Below are positions 36,365-48,743 of a stretch of DNA of 64,000 nucleotides, in pieces; within the stretch, counting starts at the first letter, position 1; every line of letters begins with the position of its first letter. This DNA comes from Candidatus Latescibacterota bacterium (GTDB lineage: Bacteria > Latescibacterota > UBA2968 > UBA8231): contig OZ242005.1 of the NCBI GenBank assembly GCA_965204725.1, forward strand, positions 32,001 through 96,000, written 5' to 3'. The notes beneath the pieces are model-generated. The model was not told where the DNA came from. It saw nothing but the letters and a program-made list of their open reading frames with translations, and searched no databases. Position numbers and translations under genes: made by a program.

Positions 36365-38314
36365 TTAGTTCCTAATTCCCTTTTCACCCACGTCCTCCAC
36401 CCCAGCCCGCAACAACTCAGCCACGCTCCACGCCTGAGCGATGCAGCCACGCGGCGCAAAAGGCGGCTCGGCGTCAAATATCTCCGAAACCGTGCCCAAG
36501 CCCGCTTCGTGCAGATGCTCAGCAAAGCCGTCGAGGAGGGCGCGGCCACGCTGGCGGCCCGCCCGGCCATGACAACGACAGAGGGCGGTGATGTACGGCC
36601 CGATCAGCCATGCCCACACCGTACCTTGGTGATACGCGCCATCGCGCTCCCAAGGGCCGCCCGCATATCGGGCGCAGTACGCCGGGTCGCTCGGCGAGAG
36701 GCTGCGGAGGCCGCGCGGGGTCAGCAAGTGTTGGTCGATCACGGATAAGACCCGCCGCGCCCGCTCGCCCTCGACGAGCGGAAAGGGCAGCGAGAGCGCG
36801 AACACTTGGTTCGGGCGGATCGCCCAGTCCGGCCCCTCGGGCGCGACCACGTCGCAGAGATACCCCCGGTCTTCGCACCAAAAGAGACGCTCAAAGGAAG
36901 CCCGCACCTCGGCCGCACGTTGCCCGTAATCGGCGCGGTGCCCAAACCTCTCGGCCAAGTGCTGCAAAATTCTGAGCGCATTGTACCAGAGGGCATTGAC
37001 CTCCACCGGCTTGCCCATGCGCGGCGTGACCACCCAATCGCCGACCTTGGCGTCCATCCACGTCAGTTGCACCCCCGGCTCGCCAGCCGCGAGCAGGCCA
37101 TCGGCATCCACCCGAATCCGATGGCGCGTACCGCGCACATGCCAAGCGGCTATGTCCGCTAGCGTGGGCCACAGCGTGCGGGCAAACTCGTAGTCTTGGG
37201 TGTATTGCAAATACTTGTAGAGCGCGACAAAAAACCACAACGTCGCGTCCACCGAGTGGTATTCAGGAATCGCCCCCGCGTCGGGAAAGCGGTTGGGGAT
37301 CATGCCCTCGCTGACGTGCGCGGCAAACGCCGCAAAAATGCCCCGCGCCTCGGCAAAGCGGCCGGTGACCAAGCAGAGGCCGGGCAGGGCAATCATGGTG
37401 TCGCGGCCCCAATCCGTAAACCAGTGATAGCCCGCGATAAGGGTGTGCAGGCCGTCTCCGCGCCGCACCAGAAACGAATGGGCCGCCCGCGCCAGCGACC
37501 CCAGCACCGGGTCGGCGGCCCAAGAAGCGCACACCTCCACCTGCTGACGACGACCGATCTCGCCAGCGAGCAGCGCGAGGGGATCGCGGCCAGCGGGCGG
37601 CTCAGTGGTCGCGAGTACGCCAACGATGGCCCCCGGGGCGAGCCGCAGGCGCAAGCGACCGGGCGTGAACAGATCCTCGCTGTGGTCGAGGCCGCGCTCT
37701 TCCTCACGCGGATATTGGAAGTTGTAGTACCAGTCTGGAGCGGCCTCCCAACACGCGCCTGGGGCGAGCAGGTGGGCGGTGGGTTGCTCTCGATAAGGGC
37801 GGTAGGCCAGCGCGTCCGCAGCCCAATCGGCCCCTAGAGCCACGTGCTCGTTGGCCTGCATCAAGTGGTGATAGTCCCGGCCGGCGAAAAAGGGGCGCAA
37901 TTCCAAACAAAGCGGGGCCGGCGCATTCACCAGCTCGTACGCGACGACCACGGCGTCCTCGCCCGCGAGCAAAGCCAGCCGCTTGCGCAACACCCACCCG
38001 TCGCCCGCGTACGTCCACGTCGGCACCGGCTCGGGCGCAAAGGCCGTCAGCCATTGGTCGCCCTGGGGGTGCATGACCCCGGGGAACATGCTGCAACTCA
38101 GCTCAACGCGGGCTTCGGGCAGGACCAAGGTCTCGTCGAGCCGCGAGAGCAGCACCACCCGGCCAACCGGCGGGCAGGTCGCCACCACCAGCAGACCGTG
38201 GTAGCGCCGGGTGTGTGCGCCGCTAACCGTGGAGGAGGCCCAGCCGCCCAAGCCATTGGTCTCCAGCCACTCGCTGTCCTGCGGCGGTCCGCGGTATCGA
38301 CGGTCCTTTGTCAT
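36365..38314 (-). CDS. Amylo-alpha-1,6-glucosidase (glycogen debranching enzyme, archaeal type)
   Basis: [63 protein letters not shown]. Confidence 0.93.
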   Translation of the reverse strand: MTKDRRYRGPPQDSEWLETNGLGGWASSTVSGAHTRRYHGLLVVATCPPVGRVVLLSRLDETLVLPEARVELSCSMFPGVMHPQGDQWLTAFAPEPVPTWTYAGDGWVLRKRLALLAGEDAVVVAYELVNAPAPLCLELRPFFAGRDYHHLMQANEHVALGADWAADALAYRPYREQPTAHLLAPGACWEAAPDWYYNFQYPREEERGLDHSEDLFTPGRLRLRLAPGAIVGVLATTEPPAGRDPLALLAGEIGRRQQVEVCASWAADPVLGSLARAAHSFLVRRGDGLHTLIAGYHWFTDWGRDTMIALPGLCLVTGRFAEARGIFAAFAAHVSEGMIPNRFPDAGAIPEYHSVDATLWFFVALYKYLQYTQDYEFARTLWPTLADIAAWHVRGTRHRIRVDADGLLAAGEPGVQLTWMDAKVGDWVVTPRMGKPVEVNALWYNALRILQHLAERFGHRADYGQRAAEVRASFERLFWCEDRGYLCDVVAPEGPDWAIRPNQVFALSLPFPLVEGERARRVLSVIDQHLLTPRGLRSLSPSDPAYCARYAGGPWERDGAYHQGTVWAWLIGPYITALCRCHGRAGRQRGRALLDGFAEHLHEAGLGTVSEIFDAEPPFAPRGCIAQAWSVAELLRAGVEDVGEKGIRN

Positions 38315-38362
38315 CCAACCCTAAGTACTGAGTCACCTTTTCAGGTGTTGCCGCTGCGTCCG

Positions 38363-38408
38363 GGATCGAGGGCGTCCCGCCCTCGCGAGGGCAAGATGCC
38401 CTCGATCC
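38363..38408. repeat. REP-like imperfect palindrome, possibly a terminator or RNA stabiliser downstream of acs
   Basis: GGATCGAGGGCGTCCCGCCCTCG|CGAGGGCAAGATGCCCTCGATCC. Confidence 0.6.
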
Positions 38409-38432
38409 GGTCCGCGGTATCGGCGGAGCGGG

Positions 38433-40388
<1,956 letters not shown>

Positions 40389-40452
40389 GCGAGCTAACTC
40401 CTCATTAGGGGTGGAAATGGTCGTGCGTAGCGCAAACTAATAAGGCAGCCGC

Positions 40453-41391
40453 CTATTCGCCAAACCCCTCTATCACGTAAATCTCATCGTTGCCGTCGCG
40501 GTCAGAGCTAAAGGCGATGGAAAGACCATCCGGCGACCACGAAGGCGATCCGTCGGAGCCACTGTGGTACGTCAGGCGGCGCACGTTATCACCATTGGCA
40601 TCCATCACGTAAATATCATAGTCGCCGTCGCGATTGGAGTCGAAGGCGATGAAACGACCGTCGGGCGACCACTCAGGAGACCCGTCAATGCTACCGTCGT
40701 TGGTCAGGTTGCGCCGGTTGTCCCCATTGGCATCCATCACGTGAATCTCATGGTTGCCCGTGCCCCTAGAGTCGAAGGCGATAGAAAGACCATCCGGCGA
40801 CCATGCAGGCCCCAAATCATTGCCATAGTCGCCGCTCACTTTTTGCAGATTGCCCCCCGACAAATCCATCGTGTAAATTTTCCTAGCACCAATGACGCGG
40901 AGAGAGGTGAAAGCGATGGAAAGACCATCCGGCGACCACGCGGGAAACCAGTCGCTGCCACTGCTGTCGGTCAGGCGGCGCACATTATCTCCATTGGCAT
41001 CCATCACGTAAACCTCATAGTCGCCCTCATGGCGGTCGGAGTAGAAGGCGATGGAAAGACCATCCGGCGACCACGAAGGCTGCCCGTCCTTGCTATCGTC
41101 ATTGGTTAAGTTTCGCACGTTATCACCATTCGCATCCATCACGTAAATCTCCGTGTTGCCATCGCGATTGGAAGTGAAGGCGATAGAGCGACCATCGGGC
41201 GACCACGAAGGATCCCAGTCGCCGCCACTGGCGTCGGTCAAGCGGCGGATCTCATACCCGGCCTCATTGCTGATGCCAACGGGCGACGGCTCGGAATCAT
41301 CGCAGCCGCTGACCGCCAGTACGCAAAACGCTGAGACGGATTTCAGCACCGTCCACATCCGGCCCGAAAATACACGCTGTTCCTCGTTCAT
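40453..41391 (-). CDS. TolB-like PD40 beta-propeller lipoprotein
   Basis: Lipobox VSGC; six PxWSPDGxSIAFxSxR...IYVMDANG repeats. Confidence 0.9.
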   Translation of the reverse strand: MNEEQRVFSGRMWTVLKSVSAFCVLAVSGCDDSEPSPVGISNEAGYEIRRLTDASGGDWDPSWSPDGRSIAFTSNRDGNTEIYVMDANGDNVRNLTNDDSKDGQPSWSPDGLSIAFYSDRHEGDYEVYVMDANGDNVRRLTDSSGSDWFPAWSPDGLSIAFTSLRVIGARKIYTMDLSGGNLQKVSGDYGNDLGPAWSPDGLSIAFDSRGTGNHEIHVMDANGDNRRNLTNDGSIDGSPEWSPDGRFIAFDSNRDGDYDIYVMDANGDNVRRLTYHSGSDGSPSWSPDGLSIAFSSDRDGNDEIYVIEGFGE

Positions 41392-41436
41392 CGTTTCCTC
41401 TCCTTCTGCGGTTATACCGCCTTATGTTGTATGGTA

Positions 41437-41499
41437 CACGGAGCGGGAATCCACGCTGCAACCCCGCCCACTGGACGCCCGCTTACGCGGGCGTGACGG
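41437..41499. repeat. Degenerate REP-like pair
   Basis: CACGGAGCGGGAATCCAC...CTGGACGCCCGCTTACGCGGGCGTGACGG, resembling the GTCATTCCCGCG..GCGGGAATCCAG family. Confidence 0.5.
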
Positions 41500-41564
41500 C
41501 TATGAACTGGCAAGTGCTATGTGTCGTATGCCACAAGAGGACGCCCCTCGCACGGACGTGACTG

Positions 41565-42350
41565 CTACTTACCACCAGCCACCGGCGGCAAGGGCCACTC
41601 GTCTCCAGCCATGAAGCCGCCATCGACGTAAATGCACTGCCCGGTGACGTAATCCGAAGCGGGCGCGGCCAAGAAGACGGCCGTGCCGACCAAGTCTTCG
41701 GGCGTCCCCAAGCGATTGAGCGCGACCCGCCCTTCGCCCCAAGCGCGCATCGTGTCGTCGGCCCACATCTTCTCGGTGAGCGAGGTGAGCACAAAGCCCG
41801 GGCAGATGGCGTTTACTTGGATGTTGTGCGACCCGAACTCAATAGCCTGCCCCTTGGTGAGTTGGCCGACGGCCCCCTTAGTCGCGGTGTACACCGACAC
41901 TTTGGCAAGAGCGTAGCCCGTGGTCAGCGAGCCGATGTTGATGATCTTGCCGCCTTGGCCGCGCTCGATCATCTCGCGGCCGACCTTTTGGCTGAGGAAG
42001 TACAAGCCCTTGAGATTGACGGCCATGATCTGGTCGTAGTTTTCCTCCGAGACCTCGACGATGGGCTGGCGGATGTTCATGCCGGCGTTGTTGAACAGGA
42101 TGTCTATGGGGCCGCATTGCGCCAAGGCCGCGTCCATGCCCGCCAGATCGGCCATGTCCAATTCGACCGCACGGGCCTTGCCGCCAGCGGCCTCAATGGC
42201 GGCGACGGCTTCGTCGAGTTGACTGCGGGTGCGGGCGGCGCAGACGACCGTGGCACCGGCCGCCGCCATGCCCGCCGCCACGCCGCGACCAATGCCGCGA
42301 CTAGCGCCGGTGACGAGGGCAACTTTTCCCGCTAGCGAAAATAGATTCAC
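41565..42350 (-). CDS. Short-chain dehydrogenase (gluconate 5-dehydrogenase/KduD-like)
   Basis: TGASRGIG, NNAG, YTATK, VNAICPG, YVDGGF. Confidence 0.9.
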   Translation of the reverse strand: MNLFSLAGKVALVTGASRGIGRGVAAGMAAAGATVVCAARTRSQLDEAVAAIEAAGGKARAVELDMADLAGMDAALAQCGPIDILFNNAGMNIRQPIVEVSEENYDQIMAVNLKGLYFLSQKVGREMIERGQGGKIINIGSLTTGYALAKVSVYTATKGAVGQLTKGQAIEFGSHNIQVNAICPGFVLTSLTEKMWADDTMRAWGEGRVALNRLGTPEDLVGTAVFLAAPASDYVTGQCIYVDGGFMAGDEWPLPPVAGGK

Positions 42351-42417
42351 AATACACTCCTTCGTTGTGGTTGAGTTGGTTTAATGATAATCGGGGCTGG
42401 CGTTCCAGCAAGGCTTT

Positions 42418-43356
42418 TTACGTGGGTACGGAAGTGATTAGGTACTCCAATTTTTCGCTCCCCAGCGGCGCGACCTCGCAAGCGCGACCGGCCGGCACCA
42501 GCGCGGTCGCGCCCGTGCCCAAGCTGCACTCGCCCACGCGCGCCCGGCCGCGGACGACCGTCAGCGCCAAAAACGACTCTCCAGCCCGATGCTCGGCCCG
42601 GCCCCGGTCTAAGCCGCAGCCGCGCAGCACAAAGTGCTCGGATTCTACCAGCACTTGGCCCTCCAGCACGGGATACGGCACCGGCTTGGGCCGGCGTTGG
42701 GCAAAGTCAATGACCTCAAGGGCCTGCTCCCAGTGCAGGGCGCGCGGCCGGCCGTAGTCGTAAATGCGGAAGGTCAGGTCGCTCGCTTGCTGGACCTCGT
42801 ACAGGACAACCCCCCGGCACAGGGCGTGTACCGTGCCCGGCGGCAAAAAGAGCACATCCCCTTGCGCGACCGGGTAAAAGCGTACGACCTCGGCGACGCG
42901 GTCGGCGGCGTGTGCGGCGACAAACTCCGCGCGGCCCACGCCCTCGGCCAGCCCGCAAGCCACGCGGCCGCCGTCTGATTGCAGCACGTACCAAGCCTCC
43001 ATCTTGCCGCTGTCGGCCAATCCATGGCGTCGGGCGTACTCGTCGCTGGGATGCACTTGGATCGAGAGGTCTTGTTGAGCGTCGAGGAGCTTGACCAACA
43101 GGGGGAAGCACCCACCGTAGCGCACCCACACGGCCGCCCCGACCAAATCGGCGCGGTGCGTTTCCAGCAACGCGCCCAGCGAGCGACCATCCGCCGCCCG
43201 ACTCTCGCGGCCTTCGTACGCCGATAGCTCAAAGGACTCGCCAATGAGCGCGTCGTCTGGCAGGGCCTTGCCGTACAGCGCGGCTAAGCGGCGTCCACCC
43301 CACACCATCTCGCGGTAGTAGGGCGTCAAGGGAATGACATCGGGCAATGTATTCAT
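42418..43356 (-). CDS. manA: Mannose-6-phosphate isomerase, class I
   Basis: VWGG, FPLLVKLLDA, LSIQVHP, GKMEAWY, PGTVHA, EVQQASDLTFRIYDY. Confidence 0.9.
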   Translation of the reverse strand: MNTLPDVIPLTPYYREMVWGGRRLAALYGKALPDDALIGESFELSAYEGRESRAADGRSLGALLETHRADLVGAAVWVRYGGCFPLLVKLLDAQQDLSIQVHPSDEYARRHGLADSGKMEAWYVLQSDGGRVACGLAEGVGRAEFVAAHAADRVAEVVRFYPVAQGDVLFLPPGTVHALCRGVVLYEVQQASDLTFRIYDYGRPRALHWEQALEVIDFAQRRPKPVPYPVLEGQVLVESEHFVLRGCGLDRGRAEHRAGESFLALTVVRGRARVGECSLGTGATALVPAGRACEVAPLGSEKLEYLITSVPT

Positions 43357-43455
43357 CGGCGATAGCTCGCCCCTAAAGTTATAGGACGACGAGGGCGAGA
43401 CAATACCGAGGCGAGATGCCGTTTTTAACCGGCTCGCAGTGACGCGCTCCCTAGC

Positions 43456-43941
43456 TTGACACCAAGCGCATCTTCTCGTTCAATCAAGTTTATCGAGAAA
43501 GCGGGCACTGGCATTCGCCGCATTCGGGACGAGGCACGGGAACAAGGCTGCCTAGAACCGGAATTCGAGTTTGACAACTTCACGCCCGTCACCTTCCGTC
43601 CCAATCCAGAGGTCCGGCCAGACGCAGATACAGAGGGCTATCGAGTCGCCGAGCAAGCGACCGGACAAGTCACCCCCCAAGATACCCCCCAAGATGCCGG
43701 AATAGCACGTCTATTAGAGGCCATATCGGGTGAGATGAACAGGAGACAACTCCAAAACGCCTTGGGCCTGAAGGATACCAAACACATCCGCAAGACCTAC
43801 CTACTCCCCGCCCTGCAAGCCGGCCTAATCGAAATGACCATCCCGGACAAGCCGCGCAGCAGCAAGCAGTGCTATCGCCTGACGCCGGCGGGACGCGACT
43901 ATTTGCACAAATCTAAAGGATGGGATCGTGGCAAAAACTGA
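43456..43941 (+). pseudogene. 5'-truncated remnant of an AlbA/RecG-C-type ATP-binding protein with a Fic-like C-terminal wHTH
   Basis: IEKAGTGIRRI (end of HATPase_c_4) and YLLPALQAGLIEMTIPDKPRSSKQCYRLT; the N-terminal domains are missing. Confidence 0.7.
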
Positions 43942-43993
43942 GCCTCACTACCTCGCGCTTGGAAAGAGGAGGGCCGACGCTGATGGCGGCCCG

Positions 43994-46900
43994 TTAGCCA
44001 CTACCTAGCCCCTGTGGTTGCTCCACCCCCGTCTCCCGCGCCAACTTCTCGCCCTCAATCAAGTATTCTTCCCGCATCTCGGGCGCAATCGTCCGCCAGA
44101 CCAAGAAGCGCTTGCGTAGCACGTTGAGGAAGCTGGTGTTGAGCCGCTGCCAACTCACCACATCGCCGCTTACGCGCTGCAAGTGCATCTCAATGCGGTA
44201 AATGCCCGGAATGTCGTCGGTCGGCAAGGTGCGTAAAAACACCCGCTGACTCACGCCCAAGTCGTAGGGCGCGAGCCATACCATCAGTTCCAGCAGATAG
44301 ACCGGCTGTGCGCCGCCCTGTTCCATGTGGAAATCCACGCCCTCGGTCATAAAGTCGCCCACCGATCCCTCGCCATAGGACGAGAAAACCCGGTGCAAGT
44401 ACGCGCACGATCCCAACGCATCGCCCTTGCCCAACGTAAAGGGAAAGTCAAAGCGCCAGTCGTCGCCATCGGGCGGGGGAAACTCCCAGCGCCGCGTCAC
44501 GTCGGGCACGGCCATGGCCGCGGCCTTGCGCGCCGGATACAGGGTCGAGAGCACCACCACCACCATCACGATCAAGGTCGAAAAAATCGCCGACAGCGAC
44601 GAGTAGTTGAGAAACATCCCGCCCAAGAGCGCGTAGTGCGCCAGCAGCAGCGTCGTCGTCTGTCCCACCAAATAGCCCAGCACCGCGCCGACAATGGCAA
44701 ACACGAGGGCCTCGGCAATGAAGAGCGAGGCAATGTGGCTCGGCGCCAGCCCCACCGACGAATACACCCCGATCTCGCCGGAGCGCTCGTACACCGCCCC
44801 GAGCATGGTGTTGAGCACAATGAGCGAGGCGATCAACAAGGGCACGAAGAGATTGCCAATCCCGGCTAAGGACGCCGACCCCATCGACGTGTACACCCGC
44901 ACGCGGTCGCCCGCCCCGACAAAGAGCGGCACGGCCACCCGCGACACAAATTCCTCCACCTCGGCGAGCAAGGTCTCCCGATCGGCAAAACCGGCGATGG
45001 CAATGGAGCGCAGCGTCCCCCCCAAATCGACGACCTGCTGGTACGGCAAGAACGCCACGTTGTTGGCCAGCAGGTGGGTAAAGGTCTCAATCGCGGCCGT
45101 GTCCATCAGGCGCGGGTCTAAGCCGGCCATTTCCTCCATCTTCTTGGCCTCGGCGACCGTATCGACCGGCATCGGACTCTCGTTGTCCAAGTCGCGCAGC
45201 CGGTCGATGGCCTCGCCGTCGATCAAGCCAATGACCCGATAGGACTGCCCCATCAGACCAATGTGGGCCGTGCCCACATCCTCCGGGCCGATGCCCAAGA
45301 TCGCCGCCATGGCGACCGGCAGGATGCACACGTCGCGCTCGCCGGCCGCAAACCAGCGGCTCGCCGGTCCCACCAACCGCTCTGCTAGCCCCATCAGCGC
45401 CCCCTCGCCCGGGGTCACCCCGAGGAGGGCCGAGGCAAAGCTCTTTTTTTGCGCCGACTTGTGTTCAATGTCGATATAGGCCCGCTCGCCAATGACCTTG
45501 GAGGTCACCCACGACCTCGGCAGCACCTGCGCTCGGTCGCCAAAGGCGCTCTCCGCATAATCGAGCACCGATAGCTGCAAGCCCTTCCAACCGCGGTCGC
45601 GCAGCAGGGCGCCCTCGTAGCTGGGCGCATTCGAGCGGGGGATCTGATAGAACTTGAGATAGCTCTGCACCGAGGTGAAGGCTTGGGCGGTAAAGGTCAA
45701 AAGCGTCAGGGTGATCACCGTCAGGGCGGTGCGCAACTTGCGCTTGCGGAGGTTGGAAATCCCCAGCGACGCGGCCGCGGCCGTGGCACTGAGGCGACCG
45801 ATGTCCGCTTCGTGGACGCCGGCTGCGGCCCGCTTGCGCTGACCAACGGCGCGGGTAAAGCGGCCCAGAATCATCAGCAGCGCGGTGCCGCCGATGGCGA
45901 AGATGACAAAGGCCAAAAAGATGATGTACGGCGACGAACTCAGCTTAAAGGCCGGGTGGATAAAGCGCATGACGAGGAAGATCGCCAAAAAGAAAAACGC
46001 CGCGCCGGCCACTTGCCGGCGGATGTCGGCAAAGCCGAAGAACAGCCGCTCGCAGCAAAACGAAAACGGCAGCAGCAGCGCGAAGTAAAAGATCACCCCA
46101 TAGACCGTATCGTCCGCGGTCGATTTGATGTCTGGGTAGCCCCGCCCTTCGAGGCCCCACGCCTTGCGCGTGGCCCGCTTGAACTCGCTGTACCGCCGCG
46201 CCTGCAAGTGCTCTTCGGCCTCCAACAAAGCCAAGCGCGCCTCTTCGTGCAGGCGCATGAACTTGTCGTTGCGCACCCCGTAGCGCGCCAACTGCTTGAT
46301 CCGCACGTCGTCGAGGACCCATAAGTCTTGCGCGGCCGCGTACCCAGGGCGCAAGACCACGCCTTGATCCACGAGATAGCCGCGCCCGAGGGCCTGCTTG
46401 ATGGTCTGCTCATCCACGTCGGCCGGGCGCACCGGCTCGGCCACCCATTCGGCCGGCGCGCCGCTCAGCAGGTAGCGCACGCCGAACAGGCTCGTGCTCA
46501 TCAGGGCTTTGACCCGAGTGCCGGGCCGGGCGTACACCACCGCAGCGAGGGTTACTTTGCCCTCCTCATTGCTCTGCTTTTCGACGAAATCGGCCCCCCA
46601 CGACTGGGGCACGCCGTCGCGCTCGTCGAGGACGGTCACGTGGTCCAAGACCGACAGGTAGCGCGAGTCCACGGTCTCAAACAGACTCAACGCTCGGCAT
46701 TCAAAGAGCACTTGCAGCATCTCGTTTTCCCACCAGCCCCACGGATGCACGGTCGGGTACGTCTCGTCGCCTTCTTGGCCCAAGTCCGGCGCGGAAATAA
46801 TCGCCCCGTAGGGATCGAGCTCGTACGCGCGGATGGTGTTGTCCAGCTTGTTGCGCATGATGTCGAAGTGGAAGCGGCCCGCGTCGTCGGCCTCTTGCGC

Positions 46901-48616
46901 GATCAAGGTGCGGACCCCGCCGACCGAGTTCGGCCCGAGCTGCTGATAGGTCACCAGCGCTTGCGGCACCGGCTTTTTGGGCACGGCAAAATTGACGTCG
47001 CGGTCAAACCAATAGATCGCGCCCGACAAGCTGTGACCGTAGTCTTCCAACTCCAACTTGGTCGGCTTGAGCAGCTCGGCGTCGCGGCCAGCCCACGCCA
47101 GCATGGCCGCGAGCGTCTGGATCTGCCGAGTGAGGTTGGCGGTATCTACGGCCTCCGGCAGGTCGAGCGGCGTGTCGATCCGCTCGCGCGCATCGTTGGC
47201 CGTCGCGAGGGCGAGGGCCTTGTAGCCGACGAAGGCGGCAGCCTCGCTGGCAAAGGCGAGCGGGATGGGCATGAAGTTTTTCCACGTGCGCTTGGGCGGG
47301 GCAATGCCCTCGTAGTGGCGCGTGGTGTCGCCAAAGGTCTCTTCAACCGCAAGGCTCAGCCGCTTGGAATAGGGCGTCAACATGTATTTGACGTAGTTGT
47401 CGGTGCGCCACTTGGGATTGTAGAAGGTGCCCATCCCAAAGCTGGCCGTGCGGTCGGCGTGGCTCGACAGGTCCAGCGATAGCATTAGGTCGAAGTCAAT
47501 GCGCTCGGCCGCGCTCATGCGCTCGCGGAAGTAGTCGCTGCGGCGGCTGTGCCGGTAGAGGAAATCGTTGATCCCGGACAGGCCCTCAAAGTGCCCGGAG
47601 GTCGCCAAAAAGAGCACCGAGTAGTGCGGGCGGTGCGCTTGGAGCAGCTCCACGAGCTGGAGCAGGGCGACGATCCCAGCCGCGTTTTCCGCGCCGGGGG
47701 CGAGGGCCGGCACGACCGAGATGGCGTCGTAATAGGCTTGGATGACGATGGTTTGGTCCTTCCACGCCTGCGGCTTTTCGCGGCTCTTGGCTGGCAGCAT
47801 CTGGGGCGACCCGGGCAGGTAGCCATACACGTTGTGCGCTTCCACGCCTTCCCAATCCATCCGCGCTTGGACGTGGACAGCGACCGGCCCGTCTTGGAGG
47901 CGCGCCAACAGGTCGAGCGCGTCTTGCCGCGCAAGCCAAAATCGCGGGATGTCAACCGGCACCTTGAGAAACTTGTCGGCGGCCTGCTCGCGGTTGACGC
48001 CGCCGTTGTCAAAGAAAACAATGGCCTTGGCTCCCAGCGATGCGGCGTGGAGGTAATTTTGGCCGCTGGCAAAGTCCAAGAGCACGACGCTGCCCTGCAC
48101 GGGCTGACCATCCAATGATTCAAGGACGCCTTGACTGCCGTAGATCAAGGGGCCGCGCACGCCGTCTGGCCCGAGTGAGGGTGTGCGTACGCCATTGGGC
48201 CACAAGCAGTAGAGCCGTTTGCGGTCGCCGCCTTGCACCACCAGTTCGCCGCCGCGATCGAGCGGCACGGCCACCTTAAATGCCTCGCTCTGTACGTCCT
48301 CCAGCCCTAGTGCCTCAAACCGCTGGCGCACGTAGTCGCGGGCCTGTCGCTCCCCGGCATAACCCGGCACCCGCGACCCAAAGGCCGCAAAGCGCTCGAT
48401 CTCAGCGGCAATGTCTGCCTCGTCCACGCCAGCGACTAGGGCGCGAAGCTGGGCGGCTTGGGCGGGATCCACCATCCGCGCTTCTACGGGCGGGTTGGGA
48501 GCCCAGCCAAAGAAATCGTTCACCGCCCGATTGACGGCACCCGGATCGCCCAAACCGACGACCGCAATCATGGCAGCGGCGAACAGCAAGAAAAACGCAT
48601 TGAGTAGTTTGGCCAT
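43994..48616 (-). CDS. 1540-aa FtsX-like permease family membrane protein with an N-terminal M28-peptidase-like domain
   Basis: FGSRVPGYAG, YYDAISVVPALAPGAE (M28-like), a central TM bundle, LGISNLRKRKLRTALT, VLNTMLGAVYERSGEIGVYSSVGLAP (FtsX/MacB signature). Confidence 0.85.
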   Translation of the reverse strand: MAKLLNAFFLLFAAAMIAVVGLGDPGAVNRAVNDFFGWAPNPPVEARMVDPAQAAQLRALVAGVDEADIAAEIERFAAFGSRVPGYAGERQARDYVRQRFEALGLEDVQSEAFKVAVPLDRGGELVVQGGDRKRLYCLWPNGVRTPSLGPDGVRGPLIYGSQGVLESLDGQPVQGSVVLLDFASGQNYLHAASLGAKAIVFFDNGGVNREQAADKFLKVPVDIPRFWLARQDALDLLARLQDGPVAVHVQARMDWEGVEAHNVYGYLPGSPQMLPAKSREKPQAWKDQTIVIQAYYDAISVVPALAPGAENAAGIVALLQLVELLQAHRPHYSVLFLATSGHFEGLSGINDFLYRHSRRSDYFRERMSAAERIDFDLMLSLDLSSHADRTASFGMGTFYNPKWRTDNYVKYMLTPYSKRLSLAVEETFGDTTRHYEGIAPPKRTWKNFMPIPLAFASEAAAFVGYKALALATANDARERIDTPLDLPEAVDTANLTRQIQTLAAMLAWAGRDAELLKPTKLELEDYGHSLSGAIYWFDRDVNFAVPKKPVPQALVTYQQLGPNSVGGVRTLIAQEADDAGRFHFDIMRNKLDNTIRAYELDPYGAIISAPDLGQEGDETYPTVHPWGWWENEMLQVLFECRALSLFETVDSRYLSVLDHVTVLDERDGVPQSWGADFVEKQSNEEGKVTLAAVVYARPGTRVKALMSTSLFGVRYLLSGAPAEWVAEPVRPADVDEQTIKQALGRGYLVDQGVVLRPGYAAAQDLWVLDDVRIKQLARYGVRNDKFMRLHEEARLALLEAEEHLQARRYSEFKRATRKAWGLEGRGYPDIKSTADDTVYGVIFYFALLLPFSFCCERLFFGFADIRRQVAGAAFFFLAIFLVMRFIHPAFKLSSSPYIIFLAFVIFAIGGTALLMILGRFTRAVGQRKRAAAGVHEADIGRLSATAAAASLGISNLRKRKLRTALTVITLTLLTFTAQAFTSVQSYLKFYQIPRSNAPSYEGALLRDRGWKGLQLSVLDYAESAFGDRAQVLPRSWVTSKVIGERAYIDIEHKSAQKKSFASALLGVTPGEGALMGLAERLVGPASRWFAAGERDVCILPVAMAAILGIGPEDVGTAHIGLMGQSYRVIGLIDGEAIDRLRDLDNESPMPVDTVAEAKKMEEMAGLDPRLMDTAAIETFTHLLANNVAFLPYQQVVDLGGTLRSIAIAGFADRETLLAEVEEFVSRVAVPLFVGAGDRVRVYTSMGSASLAGIGNLFVPLLIASLIVLNTMLGAVYERSGEIGVYSSVGLAPSHIASLFIAEALVFAIVGAVLGYLVGQTTTLLLAHYALLGGMFLNYSSLSAIFSTLIVMVVVVLSTLYPARKAAAMAVPDVTRRWEFPPPDGDDWRFDFPFTLGKGDALGSCAYLHRVFSSYGEGSVGDFMTEGVDFHMEQGGAQPVYLLELMVWLAPYDLGVSQRVFLRTLPTDDIPGIYRIEMHLQRVSGDVVSWQRLNTSFLNVLRKRFLVWRTIAPEMREEYLIEGEKLARETGVEQPQGLGSG

Positions 48617-48743
48617 GGAATTCGCTTTGTCTATAGAAGGGACGAGCGGCTGTCAAGATATGGCATCGACGAGGGAGGTTCAAGCGCGGAAGAAGGCGCG
48701 GCCTTGGCTTGTGATAGCGACTCGACGGAGAAGCCTCTTTTTC

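Noticed and set aside
36247-36370. Possible attC site (AACTAAC...ATTAGAT on the minus strand) upstream of the protease
   Set aside because: Both boxes deviate from consensus, internal pairing is poor, and no intI is present.
30987-36677. Duplicated segments as DGR template/variable repeats
   Set aside because: There is no reverse transcriptase in the window and the mismatches are not confined to adenines.
40453-41391. ~132-bp DNA repeats
   Set aside because: Ordinary PD40/TolB propeller blades.
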